Shown here in pieces: positions 1 to 7,042 of a DNA stretch of 34,200 nt (its first letter is position 1; each line of letters begins with the position of its first letter). The position numbers were made by a program, and so were the translations under genes. The notes beneath the pieces are model-generated. The model ran no database searches and was not told where the DNA came from. It saw only the letters and a program-made list of their open reading frames with translations. Source of the stretch: a virus (lineage: Duplodnaviria > Caudoviricetes); IMG/VR virus record IMGVR_UViG_3300044676_001092, positions 1 to 34,200 of that record, one strand, 5' to 3'.

Positions 1-194
1 TCCTTAGATATAGAAACCTTTGTAGGCGGCTTGGGTTCCCGCAACCTTTTAGGTTTTGGTTCTTTTGTTTTCTCCTTAATTTGCTGCTTGCGAAAACCCT
101 CTTGCTCTCGTTTCATTTGCCACATGGAAGCTAGTTCTGTTTCTGTCGGGCGCCGTCCATAAAGTTTTGTGAAACTCTCCGTCAGATTAACCAT
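1..194 (-). CDS. Hypothetical basic protein, truncated by window start
   Basis: ATG at 194, 2 nt after the upstream stop; frame open to position 1 (MVNLTESFTKLYGRRPTETELASMWQMKREQEGF...). Not in the ORF track. Confidence 0.7.
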   Translation of the reverse strand, partial: MVNLTESFTKLYGRRPTETELASMWQMKREQEGFRKQQIKEKTKEPKPKRLREPKPPTKVSISK

Positions 195-196
195 GC

Positions 197-586
197 CTAT
201 CCTCTTTGCCAGGGCGCTGCCTGTTGCTGAGGTTGCTGCCACTGTTGCTGTTGTGGAGCTGGCTGTTGCTGCCATTGTTGCTGTGGTGGTTGCTGTTGCT
301 GCTGTGGCTGCATGTCCCGATCATTTGGAAACAAGTTCCAGGATCCGATCTTGGGCCAGTTGCGCGCATCATCTCCGCGCCGGGCTTTGATCTGCACGTT
401 TACTTTCAACTTGTGCTGCACCATCAGCTGGTGGATCTGCTCAATAGCCGCAAGAGCTTCCGGGTTATCCTTCATCTCCATTGGCTCGTTGATCCAGGCG
501 GATGCCGCCATGTCTACGTTCTGACCGTTATCCATATAGCCCTGGATTTGTAACCGGCTGTTTCCTAGTTGTGGTTTATTGCTCAT
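197..586 (-). CDS. Putative ssDNA-binding protein with Gln-rich low-complexity tail
   Basis: ATGA-type overlap with the annealase gene; small domain followed by a QQQW/PQQ tail ending PWQRG; sits where SSB usually lies in nuclease-annealase-SSB modules. Function is inference. Confidence 0.5.
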   Translation of the reverse strand: MSNKPQLGNSRLQIQGYMDNGQNVDMAASAWINEPMEMKDNPEALAAIEQIHQLMVQHKLKVNVQIKARRGDDARNWPKIGSWNLFPNDRDMQPQQQQQPPQQQWQQQPAPQQQQWQQPQQQAAPWQRG

Positions 587-1194
587 AGCATTGCCTTTCT
601 CTTGTTAAATTCACGTTCAAGTATTGCATAGAGATCCGGGCGTTCCTCACTCATGCGGTTCAATCCACTGTCGTAGTAGTCCTCCCATTGCTTTAGATGC
701 TCCAGGACAGTGATAGTCTTTAGCTCTTCAAGCCGCTCGTCAAGATAACTCTGCATACCATCATCTACCGCCAGGTGTTGTGGCATGGGTGATTGACGTT
801 GAGGTGGTGGTGGAGCTGGCTGCTCGTCATTGTGCGGAACATCTTCACCGGCATAGATATACAATCCAAGCCCATGCAGCGCGATTGCTTTCACCCAGCA
901 ACGCATCCGGGCGTCATTAATCTGCCGGGCGTTTGGGTTTTGTATGGCCTTGTTGCTGTGATCCATGACCGGGAGCCACATCATATGTGTCAGCTCTTCA
1001 ATGGTGACGCTGACGCGCACCTCTCTTGTGCCGTCTGGAAACACAACGTCCTCGAGGATCTCAAACGTTGCGCCAGGGTATTTGTCTTTGACCTGTTGCC
1101 AGGCCCATGACCAGGACAGATAACTAAACCGCCCTTTCTTTTCTATTTTGTTGCCGACATCGATGCCGGACAAAGCTTTCCATGCTGTGCTCAT
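583..1194 (-). CDS. sak: Sak-type (DUF1071, Rad52-like) single-strand annealing protein
   Basis: Motifs IEKKGRFSYLSWSWAW, MWLPVMDHSNKAI, INDARMRCWVKAIALHGLGLYIYAGED; start moved to ATG 1194, which overlaps the upstream TGA. Confidence 0.88.
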   Translation of the reverse strand: MSTAWKALSGIDVGNKIEKKGRFSYLSWSWAWQQVKDKYPGATFEILEDVVFPDGTREVRVSVTIEELTHMMWLPVMDHSNKAIQNPNARQINDARMRCWVKAIALHGLGLYIYAGEDVPHNDEQPAPPPPQRQSPMPQHLAVDDGMQSYLDERLEELKTITVLEHLKQWEDYYDSGLNRMSEERPDLYAILEREFNKRKAML

Positions 1195-2180
1195 TTTAAT
1201 ACTCCTGCTAATTTTTTCGCTCGGCGTAACACGTCCGGGTGTAGGTCGCGCCACACGAAGCTGTCTCCAAAGTGAGGATCACAAAGCTTTAATAATTGGT
1301 TTGTGTTTTCTGTGACCATCATTAGTTTTTCCCGGCGAACACACGCCGCGATAACATCTTGTAATGCATATTCTAGCTGCTCAATCGTTGCCTCAAACAC
1401 ACGATAGCCTAACCGGTTTGCATAAACAATGCGGGGGATCTTGCCGGTGATGTGCCAGTACCCGGCTATCTGCATCAGGTGCATCTGTTTAATATCTTTG
1501 GGCAAGCTGTTAGATCTCGGGCTGTCGGTATCGACACCAGTATCCCATTGCGTCTTAAGTTCAACTGCTCCCTCCTGGTAATCGCCAAAGCCCAGGTAAT
1601 CTAGCTCGCAGCCTGGCAGCTGACCGCGCAGCTCAGTCTGGCCCACGATCTGGTTAGCCCCCTGCATTGCTTCTTTCAGTCCGGCGTGTGCGTTCTCGCA
1701 GACCAGCTCAAACTCGGAGCGCCCGATTGTCTCATCCTTCTTCATTGCTTTACCGTCAGCTCCAAAGCGCGGCTTTTGTCTGCCCTCGATCTGAGCTTTT
1801 GTTTTTGCCTGGTCAATCCAGGATCCGGTTTGCAATGCGGTCAATGTGTTCAGCGCCTCTCGGTACGCCTCGTTGGGCATCGCTCCCTCGATGAGTATAA
1901 GGTCGCAATAGTATTCAACAGCCCGGCCTGATGCCATGTTAATGTTGTCCTGGAACTGTGCCTTGCCGCGATAATCTATGTAGTATCCGCCCTGCTCGAG
2001 CACTGCCTCGGCATCCGCCTTGACACCTTCTGCCTCATCCCTCAACACTTTCAATGCCTTGTTTCGCTCCGGTCTGATGACGCCCTTCTGAAAAAAAGTG
2101 TAGAAATCTGGGGTACTTGGCTGGGAATGATGGAAATATCCTTTGCTGTACGCCCACTTTTTAGAATTACTTATCGACAT
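1191..2180 (-). CDS. PD-(D/E)xK exonuclease-like protein
   Basis: LGFGD...VELKT and HLMQIAGY (QxxxY) motifs; adjacent to the annealase. Confidence 0.7.
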   Translation of the reverse strand: MSISNSKKWAYSKGYFHHSQPSTPDFYTFFQKGVIRPERNKALKVLRDEAEGVKADAEAVLEQGGYYIDYRGKAQFQDNINMASGRAVEYYCDLILIEGAMPNEAYREALNTLTALQTGSWIDQAKTKAQIEGRQKPRFGADGKAMKKDETIGRSEFELVCENAHAGLKEAMQGANQIVGQTELRGQLPGCELDYLGFGDYQEGAVELKTQWDTGVDTDSPRSNSLPKDIKQMHLMQIAGYWHITGKIPRIVYANRLGYRVFEATIEQLEYALQDVIAACVRREKLMMVTENTNQLLKLCDPHFGDSFVWRDLHPDVLRRAKKLAGVLK

Positions 2181-2196
2181 GCTTGCATCTTTCGTT

Positions 2197-2211
2197 TGAC
2201 AGATTATGTCA
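2197..2211. promoter_or_regulatory. Operator-like palindrome TGACA-N5-TGTCA, copy 1, overlapping a rightward TTGACA -35 box (2196-2201)
   Basis: TGACAgattaTGTCA in the divergent intergenic region; the same palindrome occurs at 5225 and 5966. Confidence 0.7.
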
Positions 2212-2212
2212 T

Positions 2213-2241
2213 TAAGTAGTAAATGAGAACAAACATTGCAA
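2213..2241 (-). promoter_or_regulatory. Putative leftward sigma70-type promoter of the recombination operon
   Basis: TTGCAA-N17-TACTTA on the minus strand, upstream of the ATG at 2180. Confidence 0.5.
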
Positions 2242-2252
2242 GGAGTTTTTTT

Positions 2253-2456
2253 ATGACACTGGAAGATTGGCGAAACAAGAAGGGCTTGTCCTACTCGCAG
2301 CTGGCTAAAAAGCTGGGGGCATCACATGCTACTGTGGTGCGGCGATGGTGCTTACCGACGGATCACAAAGACCGGATGATCCCGGCGCCGAAGTTTATGA
2401 CGATCATCCATCAGAGCACGATGGGTGAGGTAACAGCTAACGATTTTTACAGGTGA
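2253..2456 (+). CDS. Cro/CI-like HTH transcriptional regulator
   Basis: AGGAG at 2241-2245, ATG 2253; MTLEDWRNKKGLSYSQLAKKLGASHATVVRRW...GEVTANDFY is a typical phage Cro-like pattern. Confidence 0.85.
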   Translation: MTLEDWRNKKGLSYSQLAKKLGASHATVVRRWCLPTDHKDRMIPAPKFMTIIHQSTMGEVTANDFYR

Positions 2457-2459
2457 TCT

Positions 2460-2789
2460 ATGGGCGGGAAAGCGGCAAGAGATAAAGGCGCAGCCTACGA
2501 GCGGGAGATTGTAAACTGGCATCGGGAGCGCGGCGTCGAAGCTGAGCGGATCCCATTGTCCGGGGCAATGAAAGGAAACTATGCGAGTGACATAAAGCTA
2601 GGGCCACAGTTGGCTCTTACAGCTGAGTGCAAACGCAGAGCGAGAGCGTACCAGGATCTTTATGATGCGCTCGACCAGGACGATAGCGACATGCTGTTTG
2701 TTCGCAAAGATCGGGAGCGCACTCTGGTAGTGCTTCCCCTGGAAACATACGAGGCATTTCTACAATGGATAGGTTGGATAAAGGAGTAA
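2460..2789 (+). CDS. Holliday junction resolvase-like nuclease (Hjc-type)
   Basis: KGAAYEREIV, RIPLSGA, D...ECKRR motifs. Confidence 0.8.
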   Translation: MGGKAARDKGAAYEREIVNWHRERGVEAERIPLSGAMKGNYASDIKLGPQLALTAECKRRARAYQDLYDALDQDDSDMLFVRKDRERTLVVLPLETYEAFLQWIGWIKE

Positions 2790-2793
2790 AGCC

Positions 2794-3084
2794 ATGCCAT
2801 ACACAGAAGAAAAAATCGGTTATCAAAAGACTGACACAAGCGAGGCCGCTGCGCGCAGCAACTACAAAGGCAAAATGAATATTCGGGATCGAGTGCTGCA
2901 ACTTTTGCAGAAGGTTCCCCAGCCACTTACCTCGCATGAGTGCGCAGAATTGCTGGCAATTCCTGAAGTGTCCGTGCGTCCCAGGCTGACTGAGCTGAAA
3001 AACTCTGGCAAGATCGAGGACAGTGGGCAGCGTGGCTTAACGCCCTGGAACAAACAATGCATCAAGTGGAGATCGCTTCCATGA
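2794..3084 (+). CDS. Winged-helix DNA-binding protein
   Basis: AAGGAG RBS; LTSHECAELL...SVRPRLTELKNSGKIEDSG pattern. Confidence 0.7.
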   Translation: MPYTEEKIGYQKTDTSEAAARSNYKGKMNIRDRVLQLLQKVPQPLTSHECAELLAIPEVSVRPRLTELKNSGKIEDSGQRGLTPWNKQCIKWRSLP

Positions 3085-3320
3085 AGTTTAGCGGCTTAAT
3101 CATAGACAATGGCAAAGCTAACTTTGTGTTCTACGGCCCGGAAGGTCGGCGGTTCGAGGAACCAGCTGAGCAATGCCGGGAGTGTGGCGGCACAGGTGAG
3201 GTGCGCGGATCTAGCCCGGTGGTTGATTATGTGAACGGCGGTTATCTGGAGGAGGTGATCGTCAGCTGCGAGGACTGCGAGGGCTACGGCTACGTGGTGC
3301 AAGATGAAGAAGAAAACTAA
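3081..3320 (+). CDS. Small zinc-finger protein (CxxCxGxG repeats)
   Basis: CRECGGTG and CEDCEGYG; ATGA overlap at 3081. Confidence 0.7.
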   Translation: MKFSGLIIDNGKANFVFYGPEGRRFEEPAEQCRECGGTGEVRGSSPVVDYVNGGYLEEVIVSCEDCEGYGYVVQDEEEN

Positions 3321-3552
3321 ACGCAGCGGCTTTGAAAGCGCTGACCAGTTGAACAGCTGCGTCAGCTGCGAGCGGATCCATGACATAAAGCTGGGGGGCT
3401 GGGTTATCCTGGCCTCTGGCGAGCTGATCTGCGATCCTGTGGACAGGCACGATTGCTGGGAGAAGGTACATGACAAAAGACGAAACGATAATAATGCTAG
3501 ACGACCGGCTAACCAGGGCAAGGTTGGCACTGCGCGCCGTAGTTTATTCTGA
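3304..3552 (+). CDS. Hypothetical Cys-rich protein
   Basis: CVSC...C...C; overlaps the preceding gene in the same operon. Confidence 0.55.
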   Translation: MKKKTKRSGFESADQLNSCVSCERIHDIKLGGWVILASGELICDPVDRHDCWEKVHDKRRNDNNARRPANQGKVGTARRSLF

Positions 3553-3634
3553 CACCCTGGACAGGGCTCAAGAAGAGGCTTTCCAGGGCTTGAAAAATAG
3601 TGAGTTGACGGATGAGAAAAAAGCTGTACGCTAA
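3470..3634 (+). CDS. Hypothetical 54-aa protein
   Basis: GGAGAAGG upstream of ATG 3470; MTKDETIIMLDDRLTRARLALRAVVYSDTLDRAQEEAFQGLKNSELTDEKKAVR; below the ORF-track cutoff. Confidence 0.5.
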   Translation: MTKDETIIMLDDRLTRARLALRAVVYSDTLDRAQEEAFQGLKNSELTDEKKAVR

Positions 3635-4004
3635 CGCGAGCCCGCCAGGGCGAGATATAGCTAATAAAGAGCTCCTTAATGAGCTCCTTAAGGAGCCGTA
3701 TAATAACTCTATAGATAACTCTTTAAGAGCTACAAAGAGCTTAGCATCAAAGAGCATAGAGCAGCAGCAAGTTTTACAAACTATGTTACGGCGCATGGAT
3801 CCAGCTTACAAACGTGGCAAAGCTGAATCAATGGCGGATCCCCTGGCACACCGGATCAAGAAGGTGATGGGCTTGCTCCGGCAGAAGCTGAGCACCGATA
3901 ATTTCATCGAAGCAGCGAAGCACCTGGACAGCTTGTCTCCGCTCGATCAGATCCAGTTTTGCGAGAACATCGAAAAGCTGTACCGCACAGACGCGGAAGG
4001 ATAG
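3612..4004 (+). CDS. Hypothetical protein; start uncertain, 5' part overlaps a repeat tract
   Basis: C-terminal half is protein-like (MDPAYKRGKAES...); ends just before the terminator. Confidence 0.55.
   Translation: MRKKLYANASPPGRDIANKELLNELLKEPYNNSIDNSLRATKSLASKSIEQQQVLQTMLRRMDPAYKRGKAESMADPLAHRIKKVMGLLRQKLSTDNFIEAAKHLDSLSPLDQIQFCENIEKLYRTDAEG
3662..3765. repeat. AT-rich imperfect ~12-bp tandem repeats, possible replication origin
   Basis: GAGCTCCTTA x2, ATAACTCT x2, AAGAGC x4, and the perfect palindrome GCTCCTTAAGGAGC (3683-3696). Confidence 0.5.
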
Positions 4005-4024
4005 CGCCGGGTATGCGGAGACCT

Positions 4025-4054
4025 AAAAAGCAAAAAGCCCCACTGAGGGGGCTT
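4025..4054 (-). terminator. Rho-independent terminator between convergent operons
   Basis: Stem AAGCCCC/GGGGCTT (4035-4054) with A-runs on the left, giving a U-tract on the minus strand; may be bidirectional. Confidence 0.75.
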
Positions 4055-4075
4055 CTCTGAGGCTCTGAGGGCTAT

Positions 4076-4198
4076 TTATTGGTAGATTAAAACCAGGAAC
4101 AATCCCATGTAGAGCATGAGCATCAGGCAAATGGCGCCGATGATGTCGCCCAGGGTGATTGATTTAAGCACCTGGATAAAGTCTTGCCAGCTCTCCAT
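4076..4198 (-). CDS. Small membrane protein (40 aa)
   Basis: MESWQDFIQVLKSITLGDIIGAICLMLMLYMGLFLVLIYQ; starts 1 nt after the upstream stop; one hydrophobic helix. Confidence 0.65.
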   Translation of the reverse strand: MESWQDFIQVLKSITLGDIIGAICLMLMLYMGLFLVLIYQ

Positions 4199-4199
4199 G

Positions 4200-4526
4200 T
4201 CACTCTACCCGGTCGTGGATTGGCACAGCGCCATACCAGCGGTGTCCAGACATTTCACGGCAAGCCTCGCTGAACCGGCTATCACTGGTCGCTGCATAGT
4301 TACCGCCGAATGTGTGCCACTTGTCTGCTACAGCGTCAGGCACAATGCTCAGGGTGATGCCGCCGATGTCACGCGCTACAAGCTTTGCAGCTGGGATCTC
4401 ATCGGTTGGCTCCCAGGGGCCGTCAACGTTGGTAAGGCAAAGTTCTTTGCAGTAGCTGCTCGCTCCGCCGTTGGTGCAGTCGTAGGGGCTACGAGCGCTC
4501 CGATAAACTTCTACATGCATTCCCAT
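4200..4526 (-). CDS. Phage hypothetical protein
   Basis: AAAGGAG RBS before ATG 4526; YDCTNGG...GGNYAATSDSRF...AVPIHDRVE resembles a recurrent phage family. Confidence 0.8.
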   Translation of the reverse strand: MGMHVEVYRSARSPYDCTNGGASSYCKELCLTNVDGPWEPTDEIPAAKLVARDIGGITLSIVPDAVADKWHTFGGNYAATSDSRFSEACREMSGHRWYGAVPIHDRVE

Positions 4527-4554
4527 GTGGTCTCCTTTCTCTTGAACCAGCAAT

Positions 4555-4570
4555 GCGCCCCGAAGGGCGC
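4555..4570 (-). other. Intercistronic cUUCGg hairpin
   Basis: GCGCCC-TTCG-GGGCGC on the minus strand, with no U-tract after it. Confidence 0.6.
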
Positions 4571-4579
4571 TAAACAAGA

Positions 4580-4981
4580 TCAAGCCGCAGCCAATTCCTG
4601 GCACTGTGCGTGTTGGGCCAAGCGCTGCTTCTCGGCAGGGCCGTTCCAGGCAATGCCAGGCCAGAAGTAAAAGTTCACGTCGAAGTAATCTACCATGATC
4701 TCGCTGCCGTCAAAGTTGAAGCTGTCGCCGTAAGCTTTGATCTCCTTCATCATCACCTCGTGTTGCAAGGCAACAACGACATCGCCGAAATCGTCAACGG
4801 CGTAGAAGTAGTGATGCTCAGGGCATTCTACCATGTCGCAGTAGATCGCGTTGCCACGGTTCATGCGAACGCTGAACTTGTAGCCGGGATAGGTGGCTTT
4901 GATCCAGGCACGGACCTTTGCAGCGATCTGCTTGTTGGTTAAGTTCTCATCGTAGTTGTTGCCGTAGTGACGTTCATACAT
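4580..4981 (-). CDS. Hypothetical protein, LPD29-like (large polyvalent protein-associated domain)
   Basis: IAAKVRAWIKATYPGYKFSVR and FNFDGSEIMVDYFDVNFY motifs, recalled from that family; GAGGAGG RBS and TAATG coupling. Confidence 0.6.
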   Translation of the reverse strand: MYERHYGNNYDENLTNKQIAAKVRAWIKATYPGYKFSVRMNRGNAIYCDMVECPEHHYFYAVDDFGDVVVALQHEVMMKEIKAYGDSFNFDGSEIMVDYFDVNFYFWPGIAWNGPAEKQRLAQHAQCQELAAA

Positions 4982-5190
4982 TAGGCATCCTCCTCGTCAT
5001 GGTCTAAGTAAACATTCCAGGCACCGACAACATTGCCGTTGGCATCCCGCAAGTTGCCGTAGTCAGCGCCCAACCGTAACCGGTCAACTAACTGCTCCTG
5101 GAACATATGGGCTAAAGCTTCCAAAGGGTTGTCAACCATAGCGGCATTGCCGCCGGCGACCTCCATCCGAAACGCTACGTGGTCAATCAT
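4981..5190 (-). CDS. Hypothetical protein
   Basis: AAGGAG RBS, own promoter upstream; LRDANGNVVGAW motif. Confidence 0.75.
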   Translation of the reverse strand: MIDHVAFRMEVAGGNAAMVDNPLEALAHMFQEQLVDRLRLGADYGNLRDANGNVVGAWNVYLDHDEEDA

Positions 5191-5211
5191 CTAACTTCTC
5201 CTTCCACTACT

Positions 5212-5241
5212 GATATGGGGTCTGTGACAGAAACTGTCAAG
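5212..5241 (-). promoter_or_regulatory. Leftward promoter with operator copy 2 (5225-5239)
   Basis: cTTGACA-N17-CATATC; the palindrome TGACAGaaaCTGTCA overlaps the -35 box and spacer. Confidence 0.75.
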
Positions 5242-5260
5242 GGCAAGGCGAGAAAAAATA

Positions 5261-5518
5261 TCACGCCTCACAAATCGCTAAGCGGCCAGGGTTCTGCCAC
5301 TCAGCAAACAAGCCGTATTTCCCTAAGATCTTGTTGATCTTGTGGTTCACGCCGAAGTCGTCAAGCATAGTGCAGCCGCAGCCCATCATGTAGTAGTCAG
5401 CCCAGATCTCAGTGCTGTTGTTCTCGGCGCTGATGAAGAACTCATCTCCGCCGTGATCGATCACTGGTGCGCCGATCTTCTTAAGCGCGTTGTAAGCATT
5501 CCGGTAATTGCGTTTCAT
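5261..5518 (-). CDS. Hypothetical protein
   Basis: GAAGGAG RBS, TAATG coupling; FFISAE...WADYY...ILGKYGLFAEWQNPG. Confidence 0.8.
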   Translation of the reverse strand: MKRNYRNAYNALKKIGAPVIDHGGDEFFISAENNSTEIWADYYMMGCGCTMLDDFGVNHKINKILGKYGLFAEWQNPGRLAICEA

Positions 5519-5786
5519 TATTGTGCTCCTTCTATTGCGTAACCTTCTTCATCGACGTAACCCAACCGAACCTGGGCGTTTTCGACCTCAGTGTAAGCCA
5601 TGCCGCGAACTGCCCGGGTATCAGGATGAACCAACTCACGGTAAGCGTAGCACAAGCCTAACAACCGACCGAAACGTTCGTGACCGGTTGGGGTTGCCTC
5701 AATGCCTTGATGGATCATCTGGGCGTAACGCTCTGCGTAATGCTCTATTTGTTGACGTAATGCTGGTATCATTATTGTGCTCCTTC
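5515..5786. repeat. Perfect 18-bp direct repeat at 5515-5532 and 5769-5786 flanking one gene
   Basis: TCATTATTGTGCTCCTTC (minus strand GAAGGAGCACAATAATGA = RBS + stop + start). Confidence 0.9.
5518..5772 (-). CDS. Hypothetical protein (84 aa)
   Basis: Start moved to ATG 5772 (MIPALRQQ...), which follows GAAGGAG; ends EGAQ. Confidence 0.75.
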   Translation of the reverse strand: MIPALRQQIEHYAERYAQMIHQGIEATPTGHERFGRLLGLCYAYRELVHPDTRAVRGMAYTEVENAQVRLGYVDEEGYAIEGAQ

Positions 5787-5924
5787 CATGTTGTTTGCCC
5801 ACACAGCGTAAGCTGCATCCTGGCGTAACCGATTTTCACTGACAGCGAACCGCATCCGCTGCCGAGGCTGGCAAGCGAACCAGGCGTATCCCGCCAACAT
5901 CGCCGCTAAAAACACCATTGCCAT
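5772..5924 (-). CDS. Hypothetical 50-aa protein with hydrophobic N-terminus
   Basis: GGAGAAAGGA RBS; MAMVFLAAMLAGYAWFACQPRQRMRFAVSENRLRQDAAYAVWANNMEGAQ; first ORF after the promoter. Confidence 0.6.
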   Translation of the reverse strand: MAMVFLAAMLAGYAWFACQPRQRMRFAVSENRLRQDAAYAVWANNMEGAQ

Positions 5925-5952
5925 TTCGATTCCTTTCTCCGCATCCATGCCT

Positions 5953-5982
5953 TACTTAGTACGTGTGACAGATACTGTCAAG
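5953..5982 (-). promoter_or_regulatory. Leftward promoter with operator copy 3 (5966-5980)
   Basis: cTTGACA-N17-TAAGTA; palindrome TGACAGataCTGTCA; 18/19 nt identical to 5223-5241. Confidence 0.75.
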
Positions 5983-6000
5983 CCCTATCAGAGATATTTA

Positions 6001-6029
6001 TTGCAGCATGTGATTAAAACCGCTACATT
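6001..6029 (+). promoter_or_regulatory. Putative rightward promoter for terS / late genes
   Basis: TTGCAG-N17-TACATT, back-to-back with the leftward promoter. Confidence 0.55.
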
Positions 6030-6139
6030 TAGTGCAAGTCACCAGATGTGCTCTATACACTGCTTTCACGTCCCCCTGGTGGCTTTGCCTCAAACTGCTC
6101 GGCCTAAGGGCCGGGCTTCTTTGCAAAAGGATGCAACGC

Positions 6140-6574
6140 ATGAAAAGCCGGACAGTCTCAGTCGAAATCATGGAACAGATCTGCGACCGATTAGCCGGAG
6201 GCGAAACGCTCGTAGACATCACAAACGAAAAGAACATGCCAAGCTATCGCAGCGTCACACGCGCAGTCCAGGCAGACGAGATCATCTGGGAGATGTATCG
6301 CAAAGCCAGGATCCTCCAGGCAGAGTATTACGCAGACCATCTCAACGCCCTGGCAATGGCAGAGCTGCCAAAGGTCGAAGATCCGCGAATGTTAAACGCA
6401 GAGGTGCAACGGCGCCGGCTCGAGATCGAAACGCTCAAGTGGACAGCAGCGCGCAATCAGCCATTCGGGATCCGCGATAAGAAAGAGGATCAACCACAGG
6501 CGCAGACGTTCACGATCAGCTGGTCGGGTGGCGATACTGCCGTCAGTGGCGATGAAGAGGAGCTGGTGCATTGA
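6140..6574 (+). CDS. terS: Terminase small subunit (Sf6/P22-like)
   Basis: EIMEQICDRLAGGETL...MPSYRSV...VQRRRLEIETLKW pattern; upstream of terL; start 6140 (or 6131) preferred over the ORF-track start. Confidence 0.85.
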   Translation: MKSRTVSVEIMEQICDRLAGGETLVDITNEKNMPSYRSVTRAVQADEIIWEMYRKARILQAEYYADHLNALAMAELPKVEDPRMLNAEVQRRRLEIETLKWTAARNQPFGIRDKKEDQPQAQTFTISWSGGDTAVSGDEEELVH

Positions 6575-6729
6575 GGGGAAAGTGCGTGTCACGATACATC
6601 CTGAGTGACCGAGCTACGCGCGCGAGCCTCGATTTGCCCGGTGATATGCGCCGAGCGCATGGCAGATCCGGCGCTCAATCCATGCATTCAGCGCATGGCT
6701 GGCTAAGCTGTTGTTTTTGCACGATAAGA

Positions 6730-6757
6730 TTATCCGATAAGGTCTATTATGTTAAAT
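6730..6757 (+). other. dif-like XerC/XerD recombination site
   Basis: TTATCCGATAA-GGTCTA-TTATGTTAAAT: 11-6-11 layout; right arm identical to the E. coli dif XerD arm, left arm ends ATAA like XerC arms; non-coding. Confidence 0.75.
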
Positions 6758-6862
6758 TTCTGCGACCTGCCACCCCCACCCCCCGAAAATCCACGCGCCG
6801 ATCTTGTAGCCGTAATATACCTGCTAAGCAGTATCTGCCCCTCACACAGCCTGAGAGTCCCC

Positions 6863-7042
6863 ATGAACACCCAAAGCCTTGCCCTGCTTAATCACGTCAA
6901 TGAGCTGCGTAGGCTCGTCACGGAGGCTCCTAGCGCCTCTGAGCAGTACGAGAGCGCTGTATTGTTGATAGATGTGTATGAGCGCATGTTAATGGACGCA
7001 GGGGTGCTTTCGTTTAGTGAGGAAGAGGAGATCCGGCATTGA
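6863..7042 (+). CDS. Hypothetical 59-aa protein
   Basis: ATG 6863 (MNTQSLALLNHV...); its stop overlaps the terL start (TTGA). Confidence 0.65.
   Translation: MNTQSLALLNHVNELRRLVTEAPSASEQYESAVLLIDVYERMLMDAGVLSFSEEEEIRH

Noticed and set aside
169-553. Hydrophobic plus-strand ORFs (169-390, 206-553)
   Set aside because: Artefacts of the CAG/CAA repeats of the minus-strand Gln-rich gene.
1191-2180. Cas4 / CRISPR association of the PD-(D/E)xK nuclease
   Set aside because: No repeat-spacer array or other cas genes, and no clear four-Cys cluster; the context is a recombination module.
4116-4670. 184-aa plus-strand ORF
   Set aside because: Shadow of minus-strand genes that have strong RBSs and recognisable motifs.
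5947-6480. 177-aa plus-strand ORF, and the 6032 start for terS
   Set aside because: Both run across promoter or leader sequence; the 177-aa frame is an Arg-rich alternative frame of terS with no RBS.
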